Origin: a virus
Lineage: Duplodnaviria; Heunggongvirae; Uroviricota; Caudoviricetes
IMG/VR virus record: IMGVR_UViG_3300037418_002962
Span: 1-26,649 of that record
DNA: 26,649 bases
Strand: one strand, 5' to 3'
In this document: positions 24,495-26,649 of the stretch, piece by piece
How the letters are laid out: each line of letters opens with the position of its first letter
Numbering within the stretch: position 1 is the first letter of the stretch
Translations under genes and position numbers: made by a program
Notes under the pieces: model-generated
What the model was told of the DNA's origin: nothing
Database searches by the model: none
Seen by the model: only the letters and a program-made list of their open reading frames with translations

Positions 24495-24868
24495 TGACTA
24501 GAGAAGAAATTATTAGACAGTGTGCAGAGATTGCCAGAACTCATAGACCTAAAAAAGTTTCTTTGGCTGGATATGAGTTAGAAGAAAGAGAATTAATTAG
24601 GGCTGAATGGAATGGTGAAGAAATTGCTGGATATTTAATCAATAAAGAAATTCTAGGTCTATTAAATGAAAATGATGAGCCATTAGAAGAGTTAAGTAAA
24701 TATAAAAAAGAATTGAGTACATATAAAACAGGATTCTATAAATTAATGCAGTACGTTCAAGAAATGCAACATGATGATCGGATATCGCGCGATCAAACAC
24801 TACATGAAGCATTACAGTATATTAGAAATTTTTATAATTATAATTCTGGTCCTGGACAATACGTTTAA
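24494..24868 (+). CDS. hypothetical protein
   Basis: TAATG coupling to the ligase gene. Confidence 0.6.
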   Translation: MTREEIIRQCAEIARTHRPKKVSLAGYELEERELIRAEWNGEEIAGYLINKEILGLLNENDEPLEELSKYKKELSTYKTGFYKLMQYVQEMQHDDRISRDQTLHEALQYIRNFYNYNSGPGQYV

Positions 24869-25171
24869 ATGACTGAAACAAATTATTCAGACCTAGACCA
24901 TCTGGAAACAATTAGGGATCTGGCAATTGCACTTATTAGTAGATATGAGTTAAAGGATAGTAAAAAGGCTATAGACTGGAAAGGATTGGCTAAAGATTAT
25001 TCTGAAAGAATAAAAGATTATCAGAATATTATTTTCGACCTTAAAAGTTTTATTTACTCTATCGAGATTGCATATGCAACTGTAAAGAAATATCCAGAGC
25101 ATTTCGATTATACACAGTTTGAGCAGCAAATTGAAGAAGCTGTGAAGTATTGTAATGAATTAAAGAAATAA
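24869..25171 (+). CDS. hypothetical protein
   Basis: Abutting ORF. Confidence 0.6.
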   Translation: MTETNYSDLDHLETIRDLAIALISRYELKDSKKAIDWKGLAKDYSERIKDYQNIIFDLKSFIYSIEIAYATVKKYPEHFDYTQFEQQIEEAVKYCNELKK

Positions 25172-25183
25172 GGAGAAATAATT

Positions 25184-25405
25184 ATGAGAATTTATTATAC
25201 TACAGTAAATGGTGGAGATGGTTCAGCTTGGGTAGAATTTTTTGAATCACAGGAATGTATTAATCTTCTTGAACAAGAAGATCCTGAAACCTATGGAATG
25301 GGAGAAGGTGGAGATTGGTTTGATGTTGATGGAACAATCACTGGAATTAGAATTAAATCTCTTGCACAAGTTCAGAAAGAACTTAATGGTGATTTTGGTA
25401 ATTAA
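25184..25405 (+). CDS. hypothetical protein
   Basis: AAGGAG RBS; NGGDGSA motif. Confidence 0.7.
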   Translation: MRIYYTTVNGGDGSAWVEFFESQECINLLEQEDPETYGMGEGGDWFDVDGTITGIRIKSLAQVQKELNGDFGN

Positions 25406-25579
25406 TTGAAATTTCTTTATGACCATTTTGGAGAACCATTATTAACTCCAGAAGAACGAAAAATTTTTGATGATAATCCTTTTTATGGTCATCATGGATT
25501 ATGCACTCCTTTAAAGATACCTGCTTATAAATGCTGGCTGTGTGAAAGATTTAGAAAAGAATATGGAGAAGTTGAATGA
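25406..25579 (+). CDS. 57-aa hypothetical protein absent from the ORF track
   Basis: TTG start right after the previous TAA; MKFLYDHFGE...CWLC...; fills the gap exactly and has an ATGA overlap with the next gene. Confidence 0.55.
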   Translation: MKFLYDHFGEPLLTPEERKIFDDNPFYGHHGLCTPLKIPAYKCWLCERFRKEYGEVE

Positions 25580-25899
25580 GTACTGATTATACTACCTATG
25601 TAGTTTATGGAATTAAATTAGAATATAATGGTGATTTACAAGATTATCTTTATGATAATGATTTAGAAGGGTCTATTGATATTATTAATGATTTTATATG
25701 TGGTGAATATACTGTTATTGGTAAAATTTTGAGCACTCATGACAAATATGATTGCCCAAAGTTTACTGAAATTTCTGTTGATGGATTAAACCATTATAAA
25801 GAAGAATATAAAGTCAAGTTTAAGGAAATCTTTCCTGAGAAATTTCATTATTATGTAAATGATGAATTTAAGTTACTTTCATTTGTTCATGTAAGCTAA
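25576..25899 (+). CDS. hypothetical protein
   Basis: GGAG RBS; YVVYGIKL...VIGKIL. Confidence 0.7.
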   Translation: MSTDYTTYVVYGIKLEYNGDLQDYLYDNDLEGSIDIINDFICGEYTVIGKILSTHDKYDCPKFTEISVDGLNHYKEEYKVKFKEIFPEKFHYYVNDEFKLLSFVHVS

Positions 25900-25909
25900 A
25901 GGAGAAAAA

Positions 25910-26413
25910 ATGTTTGGAACTAATAAACAAAAACGAGAAATTAGTGATTTAAAATATAAACTAAATAATATGGACGTTGCATTATATGATGCCAGATATT
26001 ATAGAGATCATTATGAGACTCAATTGAAAAATCAGAAAGAAGAAACCAATAGATGGCAAGAAAAATATTTAGAAGAAGTCCTGAAAAATGCTGACAGAGA
26101 CTATTCTTTGGCAGAAGAAGCTGCAAAGGATTGGGAATCTCAGATTAGGGTTTCTTCTGCTCCACTTTCTGGAAATATGTGGCTAGAATGGCAGAACCAT
26201 AATGTTCTGATCAGCGATATCAAGAATATTTATATTGGATTAACAGGATCTAAACCAAGAAAGTTAACGGATAATCGAGTAGAAGATTTTATTAACTCCA
26301 GAATTGTGATTGAAACTTTCAGTACTGGTAGCGGATATATTTTCGAAATCCATCCATCATTTGATAAGGTTGTCTTGGAGTTTCTTAAAGAAGTTTGGAA
26401 AGAGAACCGTTAA
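25910..26413 (+). CDS. hypothetical protein with N-terminal coiled coil
   Basis: AAGGAG RBS. Confidence 0.65.
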   Translation: MFGTNKQKREISDLKYKLNNMDVALYDARYYRDHYETQLKNQKEETNRWQEKYLEEVLKNADRDYSLAEEAAKDWESQIRVSSAPLSGNMWLEWQNHNVLISDIKNIYIGLTGSKPRKLTDNRVEDFINSRIVIETFSTGSGYIFEIHPSFDKVVLEFLKEVWKENR

Positions 26414-26418
26414 GGCTC

Positions 26419-26446
26419 TTGACATTAGGTAAATTTTCTGTATAAT
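26419..26446 (+). promoter_or_regulatory. consensus sigma70 promoter
   Basis: TTGACA-16 bp-TATAAT. Confidence 0.75.
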
Positions 26447-26474
26447 TCTTCTATCTAACCACAGGAGCATTAAA

Positions 26475-26649
26475 ATGCAGTTTCCGATTGTGAACATGAA
26501 TGGGACTTCCAAGAAGGAACTCTTTAAGCAGTATAAGTCTGTTTATGACAGTCTTAAGGTAGCTATGAAGGATATGTAGGAAGCTATGCCTCATGGCAGG
26601 GACTACCAAACGCTTCCTGGAGCCTATGAGGTTGCTCGTAAGGAACACA
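26475..26649 (+). pseudogene. phage protein gene with an in-frame TAG at codon 35 (runs off the window)
   Basis: Promoter and AGGAG RBS; MQFPIVNMNGTSKKEL...KDM*EAMPHGRDYQ; protein-like sequence continues in frame after TAG 26577-26579. Confidence 0.6.

Noticed and set aside
22447-25408. Repeated in-frame TAA-TTG gene junctions as read-through signals
   Set aside because: Two of the three have nearby ATG starts; expected by chance in AT-rich packed DNA.
20014-26648. Minus-strand ORFs 20014-20262, 22363-22605, 22791-23033, 25941-26126 and 26451-26648
   Set aside because: Antisense to packed plus-strand genes that have RBSs and promoters.
1-26649. Genome-wide TAG reassignment (code 15)
   Set aside because: All long genes are open under code 11, several genes end plausibly at TAG, and only one internal TAG was found. 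It would not repair gp47 either.
1-26649. CRISPR array, IS element, integrase or reverse transcriptase
   Set aside because: No regularly spaced repeats or matching protein motifs were seen.

Overview
AT-rich fragment of a large T4-like (myovirus-type) dsDNA phage genome. The left ~19 kb is transcribed on the minus strand. It holds the conserved recombination/late-transcription block uvsY - uvsW - hypothetical - gp55 - gp47 - gp46, thyX, a GT-B glycosyltransferase and many small accessory ORFs (SLOG, AlkB-like, Rmf-like, ART-like, degenerate gp21-like). The right ~7.4 kb is on the plus strand (R2K ATP-grasp, DNA ligase gp30, small ORFs). Three free-standing homing endonuclease genes are present (one HNH, two GIY-YIG). 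Most notable observations: (1) gp47 needs a +1 frameshift at CAC-UUU-CGG, 11 codons into the gene and directly behind the HNH gene; (2) the two unrelated GIY-YIG genes share a 78-nt covarying structured leader that looks like a late-promoter-coupled RNA switch; (3) a tRNA-fMet 5' fragment is displayed at the tip of a long hairpin behind a late promoter; (4) an attenuator-like leader precedes the glycosyltransferase; (5) an origin-like region carries tandem GAA-triloop hairpins; (6) three sigma70 promoters start inside RBS-hiding or terminator hairpins. All calls come from reading motifs by eye; no database searches or folding programs were run.
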